DNA of 56,514 nucleotides, taken from NCBI GenBank assembly GCA_051003195.1, contig JBPCLP010000004.1, positions 1 through 56,514 of the forward strand. The letters are read 5' to 3'. A program made the translations under genes and the position numbers. Position 1 is the stretch's first letter; each line of letters begins with the position of its first letter. The DNA is from Candidatus Sumerlaeaceae bacterium. GTDB taxonomy: Bacteria; Sumerlaeota; Sumerlaeia; Sumerlaeales; Sumerlaeaceae. The notes under the pieces were generated by a model. That model made no database searches. It saw nothing but the letters and a program-made list of their open reading frames with translations, and had not been told where the DNA came from. Below, piece after piece: positions 48,497-56,514 of this stretch.

Positions 48497-49858
48497 CTAA
48501 GCCTCCAGGCTCAGCTCCTTCAATTTCCGTAACAGCGTCCTGCGCGAGATACCCAGCAACTCCGCCGCTCGCGTGCGATTGCCGTTGGTGAACACCAGCG
48601 TTCGCTCAATGAGTTTACGTTCCACCTGGTCCAGTGGCACGCCCACGGCGATGCTGATCTCTTCCGACTGTCCTGTCAGCATATCAGCCGGAAGATCGTC
48701 CACGTCGATCTCACCGCCCTTAGAGAACAAGACAAGATTCTCAATCGCATTCCTCAGCTGACGGACATTTCCGGGCCAGTGATATTGCAGGAGCTTGGCA
48801 AGCGCTTTCTTTGACAGCTCGAGCGGCGGCTTGCCGTGCTCGACCTCGAACTGCTTCAGGAACGTGCGGGCGAGCAGCGGAATGTCCGCCGCTCTCGCAC
48901 GCAGAGGCGGAATCACAACTCGAACGACGTTCAGCCGATAATATAAATCCTCACGAAAGCGCCCCTCCTCCACTTCTTCCGATAGAACACGATTCGTAGC
49001 CGCCAGCACGCGCACGTCCACCTTCACAGGCTCAGTGCCACCGACGCGCAGAAACTCGCGCGACTCCAGCACTCGCAGCAGCTTCACCTGCGTTGCCAGG
49101 GGAATTTCCCCCACTTCATCGAGGAACACCGTTCCGGCCTCAGCCAGCTCAAACAACCCGCGCCGCTGTTGCGACGCCCCAGTGAACGCGCCCTTCTCGT
49201 GACCAAAAAGTTCGCTCTCCATGAGTGACTCGCTTAAAGCCGCGCAATGAATTGGAATGAAAGGCTTCTTCGCTCGGCCGGAGTTCTTGTGCAATGCGCG
49301 CGCAACCAGCTCTTTTCCCGTGCCACTCTCCCCTTCGATCAGTACCGTGGCGCGTGTATCCGCAATGGCGCGTACGCGCTCCACCATCTGCTGCATCTCG
49401 CGAGTCTCGCCGATCATCTCCTCAAAACCATACCGGCGGTCGATCTGGCGGCGCAGCTCGATGTTCTCACGCTTTAGTTCCTGCACCTCCAGTGCCTTGG
49501 CCACCTGCGCCCGCAGCTCGTTCAGGTTCACGGGTTTTGTCAGGTAAGTGAAGGCGCCTTTCTGCAGTGCTTCCACCGCACTCTCAACCGTTCCGAAAGC
49601 GGTTAAAATGATAACCTGCGGAGAAGGCTTTGCCTCCAGTGCGGCCTGCAGCACGCCCATTCCATCCACGTCTGGCATCCGCAGGTCGGTTACCACAACG
49701 TCAACGGCGCGCGAACCGAGCGTCTCCACAGCCGCTGTGCCTCCATGCGCAGTCAGCACTTCATAACCCGACTTTCCAAACCCCACCTGGAGACTCGCCA
49801 AATTTGTTTCTTTGTCATCTACAAGCAGCAGTGTTCCAGGCATTTGCGATTCAGTCAT
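48497..49858 (-). CDS. sigma54-dependent response regulator (NtrC/AtoC family)
   Basis: Receiver (LVDD, TDLRMP), [28 protein letters not shown], Fis-type HTH. Confidence 0.95.
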   Translation of the reverse strand: MTESQMPGTLLLVDDKETNLASLQVGFGKSGYEVLTAHGGTAAVETLGSRAVDVVVTDLRMPDVDGMGVLQAALEAKPSPQVIILTAFGTVESAVEALQKGAFTYLTKPVNLNELRAQVAKALEVQELKRENIELRRQIDRRYGFEEMIGETREMQQMVERVRAIADTRATVLIEGESGTGKELVARALHKNSGRAKKPFIPIHCAALSESLMESELFGHEKGAFTGASQQRRGLFELAEAGTVFLDEVGEIPLATQVKLLRVLESREFLRVGGTEPVKVDVRVLAATNRVLSEEVEEGRFREDLYYRLNVVRVVIPPLRARAADIPLLARTFLKQFEVEHGKPPLELSKKALAKLLQYHWPGNVRQLRNAIENLVLFSKGGEIDVDDLPADMLTGQSEEISIAVGVPLDQVERKLIERTLVFTNGNRTRAAELLGISRRTLLRKLKELSLEA

Positions 49859-49905
49859 TCTTTCCAAGGTCAGTTATGAAATGCACGCCGCGGCAGAAGA
49901 CCAGT

Positions 49906-51369
49906 TCAAGAACTGATCGGACGTGGCGCAACCATCATGCGCCCGACGCGGCGCAGGCTGAACGCCTGCCGTGCAGTCAGTGCGCGGCGGGGCAGATCGA
50001 TGACAAATACGGCCCCAAGTGACTGGCCATTATTCTCCGCACGGATGCTGCCGCCATGTTCCTCGATAATCTTTTTTGTGATGGCGAGTCCAAACCCGGA
50101 GCCGCCTTTACGTGTACTGAAGAACACCTCAAAAATCTTTCCAAGGTTTTCTTCGGCAATCCCAGGCCCTGTATCGCTGACGAAGACTCTGACGTGATGC
50201 TGCCCGTGCGCTTCGATTCTGATTCTTATGTGCTTCTTAATAGCGGGTCTCAATACCTGGATCGCATTCACCAGGATATTGCGGAACGCCTGGTGGATCA
50301 GTCGGCGGTCCGCCTCTATCTCCACACTCTCGTCATTGGGCCCCTGCGCCTCCGCCGTGATCCCCGCCTGTCGCATCTCTTCAGAATGCAGCTCGATCAA
50401 TTCCTCAATGAGCCCGCGAATCGAGAACTCCGTCACGCCTTCCTTGGAAGGCAGCGCGAAATCCAGGAAGCTGGTCAGTGTGGAATTCAACTGGTGCACT
50501 TCGCGCTGCACACGGCCCGCCAGCTCCCGGGCGCGTTCGGAAGTGTCGCCCACCGGGACTGCATCCGCCAGCTCTTCCCGCATGACCTCCAGGTTGATCG
50601 ACATTGCACTCAGCGGATTTCGAATCTCGTGCGCCAGCCCCGACGCCAGCGTACCGACGTAGGCCATCCTGTCCAGGCGCGCATTCTTTTCCACCAGGTG
50701 TACCTGTCGCGAAAATAACCGGTAAAGCACCCAGAAGATCAGGAGCAAAAAGACCAGCATCAGCACACAACCGCCCACCAGTGCTTCCGTGATGTTCTTG
50801 CTGCTGGCTTCAAGTTTCTGAAAAGTTGGATTGTCCTTAATGCGGAGCATGATATGCGCAATGGCTTTGCCATCGCGCGAAACAGGTTGTTTTACCTCGT
50901 GCATGCCCCGGTCCAGAGCATGAGTTTCTACAGTAAGGTCGGCAGCGCCAGGACCCGGCAAGCGGGATTCTGTTTTCTTCGTCGATGCTTCAAAGGCCTG
51001 CACGTCAAGTGCGCCGGGCTCGCCCTGCACAGATTGTGTAATCGTGCGATTGCCGTTTGGATCCACCACTGCTGCCCATACAATACTGCGGTTCATTCGT
51101 ACTGTAATTTGCGTCAGCGCCTTAATTCCGGCTTTCATTCCAGGATCATTTAAATTGCTGGAACCCTGCTGCATGGACATTTCCAGGATCTCGCGCGACA
51201 TTCGCCGCGCCTGGTCCTGCGCCAGCGTCAGTGCCGCCTGCACATTGTTCTTCTGCAGCCGGTTGACGTAATAGCTTCCCGCCACGAACACAGCAAACAC
51301 TAACGCGAGCGCGCATGCAGAATAGATGAGCAAAACCTTCGCGCGAAAGCTGAACGGAGCCATTCTCAT
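49906..51369 (-). CDS. Membrane sensor histidine kinase
   Basis: Two TM helices, AHEIRNPL, NILVNA, DTGPGI, FFSTRKGGSGFGL. Confidence 0.95.
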   Translation of the reverse strand: MRMAPFSFRAKVLLIYSACALALVFAVFVAGSYYVNRLQKNNVQAALTLAQDQARRMSREILEMSMQQGSSNLNDPGMKAGIKALTQITVRMNRSIVWAAVVDPNGNRTITQSVQGEPGALDVQAFEASTKKTESRLPGPGAADLTVETHALDRGMHEVKQPVSRDGKAIAHIMLRIKDNPTFQKLEASSKNITEALVGGCVLMLVFLLLIFWVLYRLFSRQVHLVEKNARLDRMAYVGTLASGLAHEIRNPLSAMSINLEVMREELADAVPVGDTSERARELAGRVQREVHQLNSTLTSFLDFALPSKEGVTEFSIRGLIEELIELHSEEMRQAGITAEAQGPNDESVEIEADRRLIHQAFRNILVNAIQVLRPAIKKHIRIRIEAHGQHHVRVFVSDTGPGIAEENLGKIFEVFFSTRKGGSGFGLAITKKIIEEHGGSIRAENNGQSLGAVFVIDLPRRALTARQAFSLRRVGRMMVAPRPISS

Positions 51370-51773
51370 TTGCCGGGGCGCTGCTCCGCTTCAAGTGCAA
51401 CACGCCGCTTTTCCGCTTCCAGCGCGGCATCAAATTCTTCCATCGCGCGACGGCTCGCCGACTTTGCGGTATCCATCAGGTCGATCCCCGCGAGCACCAC
51501 CAGTAGCACGGCCAGTCCGCTGAGAGAGAAAACATAAAAGTACAATGCGGGAAGCTGCCTCAGGTTAATGGTCCCACGCGCTTCCACGGTGATCAGCACT
51601 GCGATCGCCGCCAGCACTATCGATACGATCGTCCGGCGCCTGAACCGCCGCGCCGTAAGAAGCCAGCTGTCCTCTTCCTCCCGTTGCGCGAACGCGCGAT
51701 ACTCCCACGCAAAGAGCACCACCGCCGCCACAAGTACGATATAGCCGAAGATTTCCGAAACCGTGTCGCTCAT
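51366..51773 (-). CDS. Hypothetical membrane protein
   Basis: Three hydrophobic segments; overlaps the kinase start. Confidence 0.7.
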   Translation of the reverse strand: MSDTVSEIFGYIVLVAAVVLFAWEYRAFAQREEEDSWLLTARRFRRRTIVSIVLAAIAVLITVEARGTINLRQLPALYFYVFSLSGLAVLLVVLAGIDLMDTAKSASRRAMEEFDAALEAEKRRVALEAEQRPGK

Positions 51774-51869
51774 GCTGGCGGTATGTAGCGCCGCAACAGG
51801 GGTTTATTTGCTCCGGCAAAGACGGACAGTAAACTGCCATTCGTATGCATTCGCACGATTGCTGGATGT

Positions 51870-52838
51870 TTAAAGGCCCAGCGGCAGCACCACACTCTCA
51901 ATAAACTCCGCCTCGCGGCGCAGCCCTTCTTCGAGTCCCACCTTGGGCTGGAACCCAAAGCTCGCCTTCGCGCGCGACACATCCGCCCCGGTGTTGGACA
52001 CATCCCCATGCTGACGCGCCTCGCGCTGCACCTTCGCACGTTTACCTGTCACCTTCTCGATCAATGCGATTACATCGTTCATCGAGATGCGAGTGCCACC
52101 GCCCAGGTTGTAAAATCCACCCGCGGTGCCGCGTTGCGCCGCGTCGATATTCGCCTGCACAATATCCCCTATAAACGTGAAATCCCGCGTTTGCTCGCCG
52201 CTTCCGAAAAGGTGAAATTCCTCGTTTTTCAGGATCGACTTAATAATCCGGTGGAATGCCATGTCCGGGCGCTGCCGCGGACCATAGACCGTGAAATACC
52301 GGAGCGAAACCGTGTGGACTCCAAAGTTGTGCGTATACAACCGCGCCAGATGCTCTGCCGCCAGCTTGCTAACCCCGTAGGGCGATACCGGCGCCGTTGG
52401 GTCAGCTTCGCTCATGGGAAATCGTTCGGTCTCGCCATATACCGAGGAGCTGCTCGCATACACTACCTTGATACCTGGCCGGGTGCGGCAGGCCTCCAGC
52501 AGTTTCTGCGTACCAAGCACGTTATTGTGCGTGTATATCTCGAAATCCTTGCCCCAGCTTGCGCGTACTCCCGCCTGCGCTGCCTGGTGAAATACCACAT
52601 CTACACCGTCCAGTAGCTCCCCCGCCGTCGATCCCCCCTCGAACACTGTGCAGATATCCTGCTCCATAAACTGGAAACGGTTGTTAGAGCGCGCTCGTGC
52701 GAGATTGTTCTCTTTCAGCTCCCGCGCGTAATACGGAATGAAGCAATCAATCCCGGCAACCTCGTCGCCCTGTTCCAGCAGCCGATCACACAGCGAGGAC
52801 CCGACAAACCCCGCCGCCCCCGTCACAATGCAGCGCAA
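51870..52838 (-). CDS. NAD-dependent nucleotide-sugar epimerase/dehydratase (UDP-glucuronate 4-epimerase-like)
   Basis: TGAAGFVG, AAQAGVR, ASSSSVYG, YGVSK, FTVYGPRQRPDMA. Confidence 0.92.
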   Translation of the reverse strand: MRCIVTGAAGFVGSSLCDRLLEQGDEVAGIDCFIPYYARELKENNLARARSNNRFQFMEQDICTVFEGGSTAGELLDGVDVVFHQAAQAGVRASWGKDFEIYTHNNVLGTQKLLEACRTRPGIKVVYASSSSVYGETERFPMSEADPTAPVSPYGVSKLAAEHLARLYTHNFGVHTVSLRYFTVYGPRQRPDMAFHRIIKSILKNEEFHLFGSGEQTRDFTFIGDIVQANIDAAQRGTAGGFYNLGGGTRISMNDVIALIEKVTGKRAKVQREARQHGDVSNTGADVSRAKASFGFQPKVGLEEGLRREAEFIESVVLPLGL

Positions 52839-52887
52839 TGCTCCCTCTCCTTGTTAGCTGAATCTAATGCTGATCGGCACGAGCACC

Positions 52888-53769
52888 CTACTGCTGCTTT
52901 TTAATAACCGAGCGAACATCTTCCGGATTATTAGGATCTATACGATTACCGCGAGGTTTCGCCGCGGGAACAGAATTATCATTTCCGCTGCCAACCGGCA
53001 AACCAAGCAAACCGCCAGAACGCGCCGGCGCTCCGCTGGTACCTGGTGTTGCAACGGGAGAGACATTACTACCGCCCGGTGCGGTGTTATTATCCAGTGA
53101 CATCCTCGCGCCTTTGCCAGGAGTCGGTCGCGTCGTCTCCGACGGAACCGGAGGCTCAGGCGCATTCGACCTCATGTACGGCGTCGTGCCCCTGCCCTGC
53201 ACGTTCATCTGCGTCTTGCCGTTTACATTGTGAATCGTAATGCGTCCGCCCGCGGTCACCCTGGTTTTGCCAGTCGCATCGCGACTATAAACCACCGGGT
53301 TGCCAGTGAAGTCGCCATCCTCGCGGTCAGGGTTGTACTTAAACAACTGGCAGGTTACTATAACTTCGCCCAGCCGCACGACCACACGTTTACCAGTCGC
53401 AACGAGTTGCGAGTTCAGCGTCTTGTAATCGAATTCATCCGAGTTCAGGGTCATGTCTTCACTGGAAAACACCACGCCGCGTTTTGCCTGGATCGATTCC
53501 AGGTTCTTCGACTCATCGAAGATGTAGTTCAGCTCGCCAACCTCGGGATCTACCATCAGGGTAAACGGCTTATCCCCTGACAGCATGCCTTGCTCGCCAT
53601 CAGGCCCGGGTTCCGTCACGGCAGGCATCGCGGCCGAACTGGTACCCGATTCACCCGTTTCCGGAGCAGTCGCTGCAGGAGACGGCTGCTGGTCCGAGGT
53701 CTGGGCCATACCACTCGCCGCTACCATCAGCGCCAGCACAATTGCCACAATCGTCTTTATCGTCATCAC
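52888..53769 (-). CDS. Secreted LptA/OstA-like beta-jellyroll protein
   Basis: Signal peptide; repeated beta hairpins (GVVFSSEDMTLNSDEFDY..., FTGNPVV); follows the LptC-like gene. Confidence 0.5.
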   Translation of the reverse strand: MMTIKTIVAIVLALMVAASGMAQTSDQQPSPAATAPETGESGTSSAAMPAVTEPGPDGEQGMLSGDKPFTLMVDPEVGELNYIFDESKNLESIQAKRGVVFSSEDMTLNSDEFDYKTLNSQLVATGKRVVVRLGEVIVTCQLFKYNPDREDGDFTGNPVVYSRDATGKTRVTAGGRITIHNVNGKTQMNVQGRGTTPYMRSNAPEPPVPSETTRPTPGKGARMSLDNNTAPGGSNVSPVATPGTSGAPARSGGLLGLPVGSGNDNSVPAAKPRGNRIDPNNPEDVRSVIKKQQ

Positions 53770-53882
53770 ACCCTTCCGGCAGTACAGGAGCGTTTAGTTT
53801 CGGCAACAGCCAACACCGAGGTGAGAGCACACGAAGTTCTTATGATCGCAACAGTCTGCATAGGATCAGTCAACAGCATAGA

Positions 53883-54755
53883 TTATTGGCTATTCTTCCT
53901 TAACAGTCCACTTGGAGGAACTGGGGTCGGCGAAGGCGCCATCGCCGGCACATTCGGCATTTCAGGCTTCTCGGGAGTCCCCGGGTCCTCCGGCACCTGG
54001 ATGGGTGTCGGTCGCACCGGAGCACGCTCTGCCCCTTTAAACGCCTGCTGCGCCGCAATTTCAAGTTCCCGCTTAGCCTGCGCGTAGCTCGTAGCGGAAT
54101 CCACGTTGTACACAGGCCCCACCGAGCCCTTCAGCATTGAAAAACGGCTCATGTCCCGGGGCACCCGCAGCTTGCTGCCCTGCATGTACAGCGGCCGCTT
54201 GCCGGGCGGCATCATCACGACTGAGTGCGTGGATACCCCTTGGAACTCCTCAAGTGCATCGTCGTAGATGAGCTGCTCTGTACTCAATTGCAGAGTGTCG
54301 GTCTCAGGGTGGTCACGGTTTGGCGCACTGTAGCGCACGTTGCCGGCGAAACGCATATCGTTTTGGTTGCGCTGCAGGGCTGGATCCGGCGCAAGAAACA
54401 CCTGCCCCAGTTCCGCTCGCGTCACACCCTGTATTGTCCCGTCGGACGCATACGTGTTAACGGCCACGTCCTTGAAGACCAGCAGGTTACGGCTCTGGGA
54501 GAAGGTGGCTTCGTTCCCACTCACCCGGTGTTGCACGAGGCCGCCCGTTGTAAGGTCTGCGGATACCTTTGTCAGCAGGATGTCCTCGCGCGGGTCATTC
54601 TCCCGGGCCAGGTTCCGCTTATCGAGCATCTTAAGTTCTCCACAGCCCGCAAGCCCCAGCACCAGAAGACCTGCATGCAGCCACGACCCGCACCGGCATT
54701 CTTCCGGTCTTTCGCGCTGCGTCACTCCAGATTTCCCATAGCCAAAACATCCCAC
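53883..54755 (-). CDS. LptC-like lipoprotein
   Basis: Lipobox LAG-C; DMRFAGNV and LQLSTEQLIYD resemble LptC; start uncertain. Confidence 0.5.
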   Translation of the reverse strand: MGCFGYGKSGVTQRERPEECRCGSWLHAGLLVLGLAGCGELKMLDKRNLARENDPREDILLTKVSADLTTGGLVQHRVSGNEATFSQSRNLLVFKDVAVNTYASDGTIQGVTRAELGQVFLAPDPALQRNQNDMRFAGNVRYSAPNRDHPETDTLQLSTEQLIYDDALEEFQGVSTHSVVMMPPGKRPLYMQGSKLRVPRDMSRFSMLKGSVGPVYNVDSATSYAQAKRELEIAAQQAFKGAERAPVRPTPIQVPEDPGTPEKPEMPNVPAMAPSPTPVPPSGLLRKNSQ

Positions 54756-54871
54756 CCGAAAGTTACCCTAAATAAAGCGTCAACAAAAACCGCCGTCCTG
54801 CGTCAAATCCATTGAACACCCAGTTTTCCACAGGGTAACTACTACAATTCTAGCGCGAGGTCTGTTGAGAC

Positions 54872-56107
54872 ATGGCCGAGTATTCCTATAAGGCCCTCGA
54901 TAAGGGCGGTAAAGAAGTAAAGGGCGCCATCGAAGCCAGCAGCGAAGAAGTCATCATCGAGAAGCTTCGCAACATGGGCTACTACCCGCTCGAGGTGGTG
55001 CTGCACAAGACGAAGGCCACCCAGGTCGACATCCTCGCGATGCCCGGTCTACGCGTCATCTTCCACCGCGTCAAAACCAAGCACGTCATGACCTTCACGC
55101 GCCAGTTCGCCACACTCATCGACGCCGGTCTGCCCATCCTTCGCTCGCTCGCCATCCTGCAGGAGCAGGTCGAGTCCAGCATCTTTAAAGAAAAGATCAA
55201 CCGAATCGCCAAGGACATTGAATCCGGCACGACCCTCTCCGACGCGCTCTCCCGGCACCCGAAGGTTTTCGATAACCTGTACGTCAACATGGTGCGCGCC
55301 GGTGAAATCGGTGGTGTGCTTGAAGCAGTGCTGAACAAGATCGCCGAGTTCCTGGAAAAACGCCAGGCCATCATCGGCAAGATCCGCTCCGCCATGATGT
55401 ACCCGGTAGTCGTCGTCTTCCTGGCCGGTGTGATCGTCGCCTTCATTCTCGTGTTCATCGTGCCGAAGTTTAAAGACATTTACGACCAGCTTGGCGCCGA
55501 GCTCCCAGGGCCCACGCAGCTACTCGTTGAGGGCGGCAACATTCTCGCCCACGATACGCACTGGGTTATCCTCGGCATTATCGGACTTGTTTTCGTCTTC
55601 AAAAAAGTTAATGCGACCAAGGAAGGGCGCTATCGTATCGACGTCATGAAACTCAAGATGCCGGTGTTCGGACAGCTGTTCCGCAAAGCCGGCATTGTGC
55701 GTTTCGCCGGTACACTTGCCACACTGATCACCTCTGGCGTCCCGATTCTACAGGCGCTCGACATCTGCCGCGAGACGAGCGGCAACGAAGTCATTACCCG
55801 CGCGCTCAACGACGTTTACGATTCTGTTAAAGACGGCGAGACGATCCACGAGCCGCTGTCGAAATGCAAAGTGTTTCCGCCGCTCGTGGTCCACATGGTC
55901 GCCGTCGGCGAAGAAACGGGCGCCATCGACCAAATGCTGACAAAGGTTGCTGAAGCCTATGAGCGTGAAGTCGACGACACCGTCAACGCGCTGACGTCCA
56001 TCCTCGAGCCGGTCCTCATCGTTTTCCTCGGCGTTATCGTCGGTGCTATCGTTATCGCACTCTATCTGCCGCTGTTCAACATTCCGAAGATCGTCGGTAA
56101 GGAATAA
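54872..56107 (+). CDS. pilC: Type IV pilus / T2SS platform protein (PilC/GspF family)
   Basis: FTRQFATLIDAGLP, MVRAGEIGG, SAMMYP, MVAVGEETG, LEP, LYLPLF. Confidence 0.93.
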   Translation: MAEYSYKALDKGGKEVKGAIEASSEEVIIEKLRNMGYYPLEVVLHKTKATQVDILAMPGLRVIFHRVKTKHVMTFTRQFATLIDAGLPILRSLAILQEQVESSIFKEKINRIAKDIESGTTLSDALSRHPKVFDNLYVNMVRAGEIGGVLEAVLNKIAEFLEKRQAIIGKIRSAMMYPVVVVFLAGVIVAFILVFIVPKFKDIYDQLGAELPGPTQLLVEGGNILAHDTHWVILGIIGLVFVFKKVNATKEGRYRIDVMKLKMPVFGQLFRKAGIVRFAGTLATLITSGVPILQALDICRETSGNEVITRALNDVYDSVKDGETIHEPLSKCKVFPPLVVHMVAVGEETGAIDQMLTKVAEAYEREVDDTVNALTSILEPVLIVFLGVIVGAIVIALYLPLFNIPKIVGKE

Positions 56108-56226
56108 ACTCCGACCCACTTTAACAAGGGGCGATCTCGCACCGCGAATTGGTCCTGTCTTTTTGTGTGCGGTATGAGGCAGATGGTGAAAGCGTTTCAG
56201 TGCCGATTCACACCTGACTCAGCCGT

Positions 56227-56514
56227 TCAATGAGTAGCAGCAGATGACGTATGCGGGTCTGCCGTGGTTACGGCCGTAGCGCTGGTGAGCTGCTCCAGCA
56301 CCGCAGAGGCTCGCTTGCGCTCCTCCGGGTCAGTGGAAACCTCGAGCACCCTGGTCAGTGCAGCTTTTGAAACGTCGGCCTCGTGTGCCTTCAGGCCGTC
56401 CGCGATTTTTGTCACCGCCTGGATCGCTTCCGCGCGCGTCGCCGGGTCGTCCAGCATTGCGACAGCGAGCTCCAGGGCTTTCGGGGTGCTGGTTTCGGCG
56501 AGACTGCTGAGCAC
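56227..56514 (-). CDS. 3' end of a helical (HEAT-repeat-like) protein cut by the window edge
   Basis: Open frame to the window end; MLDDPATRAEAIQAV. Confidence 0.55.
   Translation of the reverse strand: MLSSLAETSTPKALELAVAMLDDPATRAEAIQAVTKIADGLKAHEADVSKAALTRVLEVSTDPEERKRASAVLEQLTSATAVTTADPHTSSAATH

Overview
A GC-rich, gene-dense chromosomal window from a diderm bacterium (sulfatases, PilC/GspF, LptC/LptA-like genes, a sigma54 regulator). The lineage cannot be fixed from sequence alone; the content is loosely PVC/BRC1-like. It holds about 57 CDS/pseudogenes and three tRNAs (Phe-GAA, Leu-GAG, Thr-CGT). The left half is mostly cofactor and housekeeping genes: bioU, a LuxC-like reductase, ribE/ribBA, two sulfatases, tkt, a BMC-type aldehyde dehydrogenase, pit, larBC, thiLE and general-stress genes. 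The centre (29.1-46.1 kb) is a reductive pyrimidine catabolism cluster: NCS1, class-III aminotransferase, hydA, mmsA, preT, preA. It has no canonical beta-ureidopropionase but continues into a YgeY-type M20 hydrolase, a YgeW-type carbamoyltransferase, coaD and pta, and is interrupted by four toxin-antitoxin modules. Main findings: (1) a dispersed 92-bp element (96-bp period with a shared 4-bp core) in 7 full copies at 5 loci, with covarying internal inverted repeats and head-to-tail tandems; (2) a possible YgeW/YgeY-based, carbamoyl-phosphate-yielding variant of pyrimidine degradation; (3) sigma54-like promoters in front of three general-stress loci; (4) an SDR gene collapsed by an internal deletion; (5) a frameshifted hicA followed by expanded hicB copies; (6) a small secreted Cys-Ala-Pro repeat peptide. 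No transposase, integrase or cas gene is visible.
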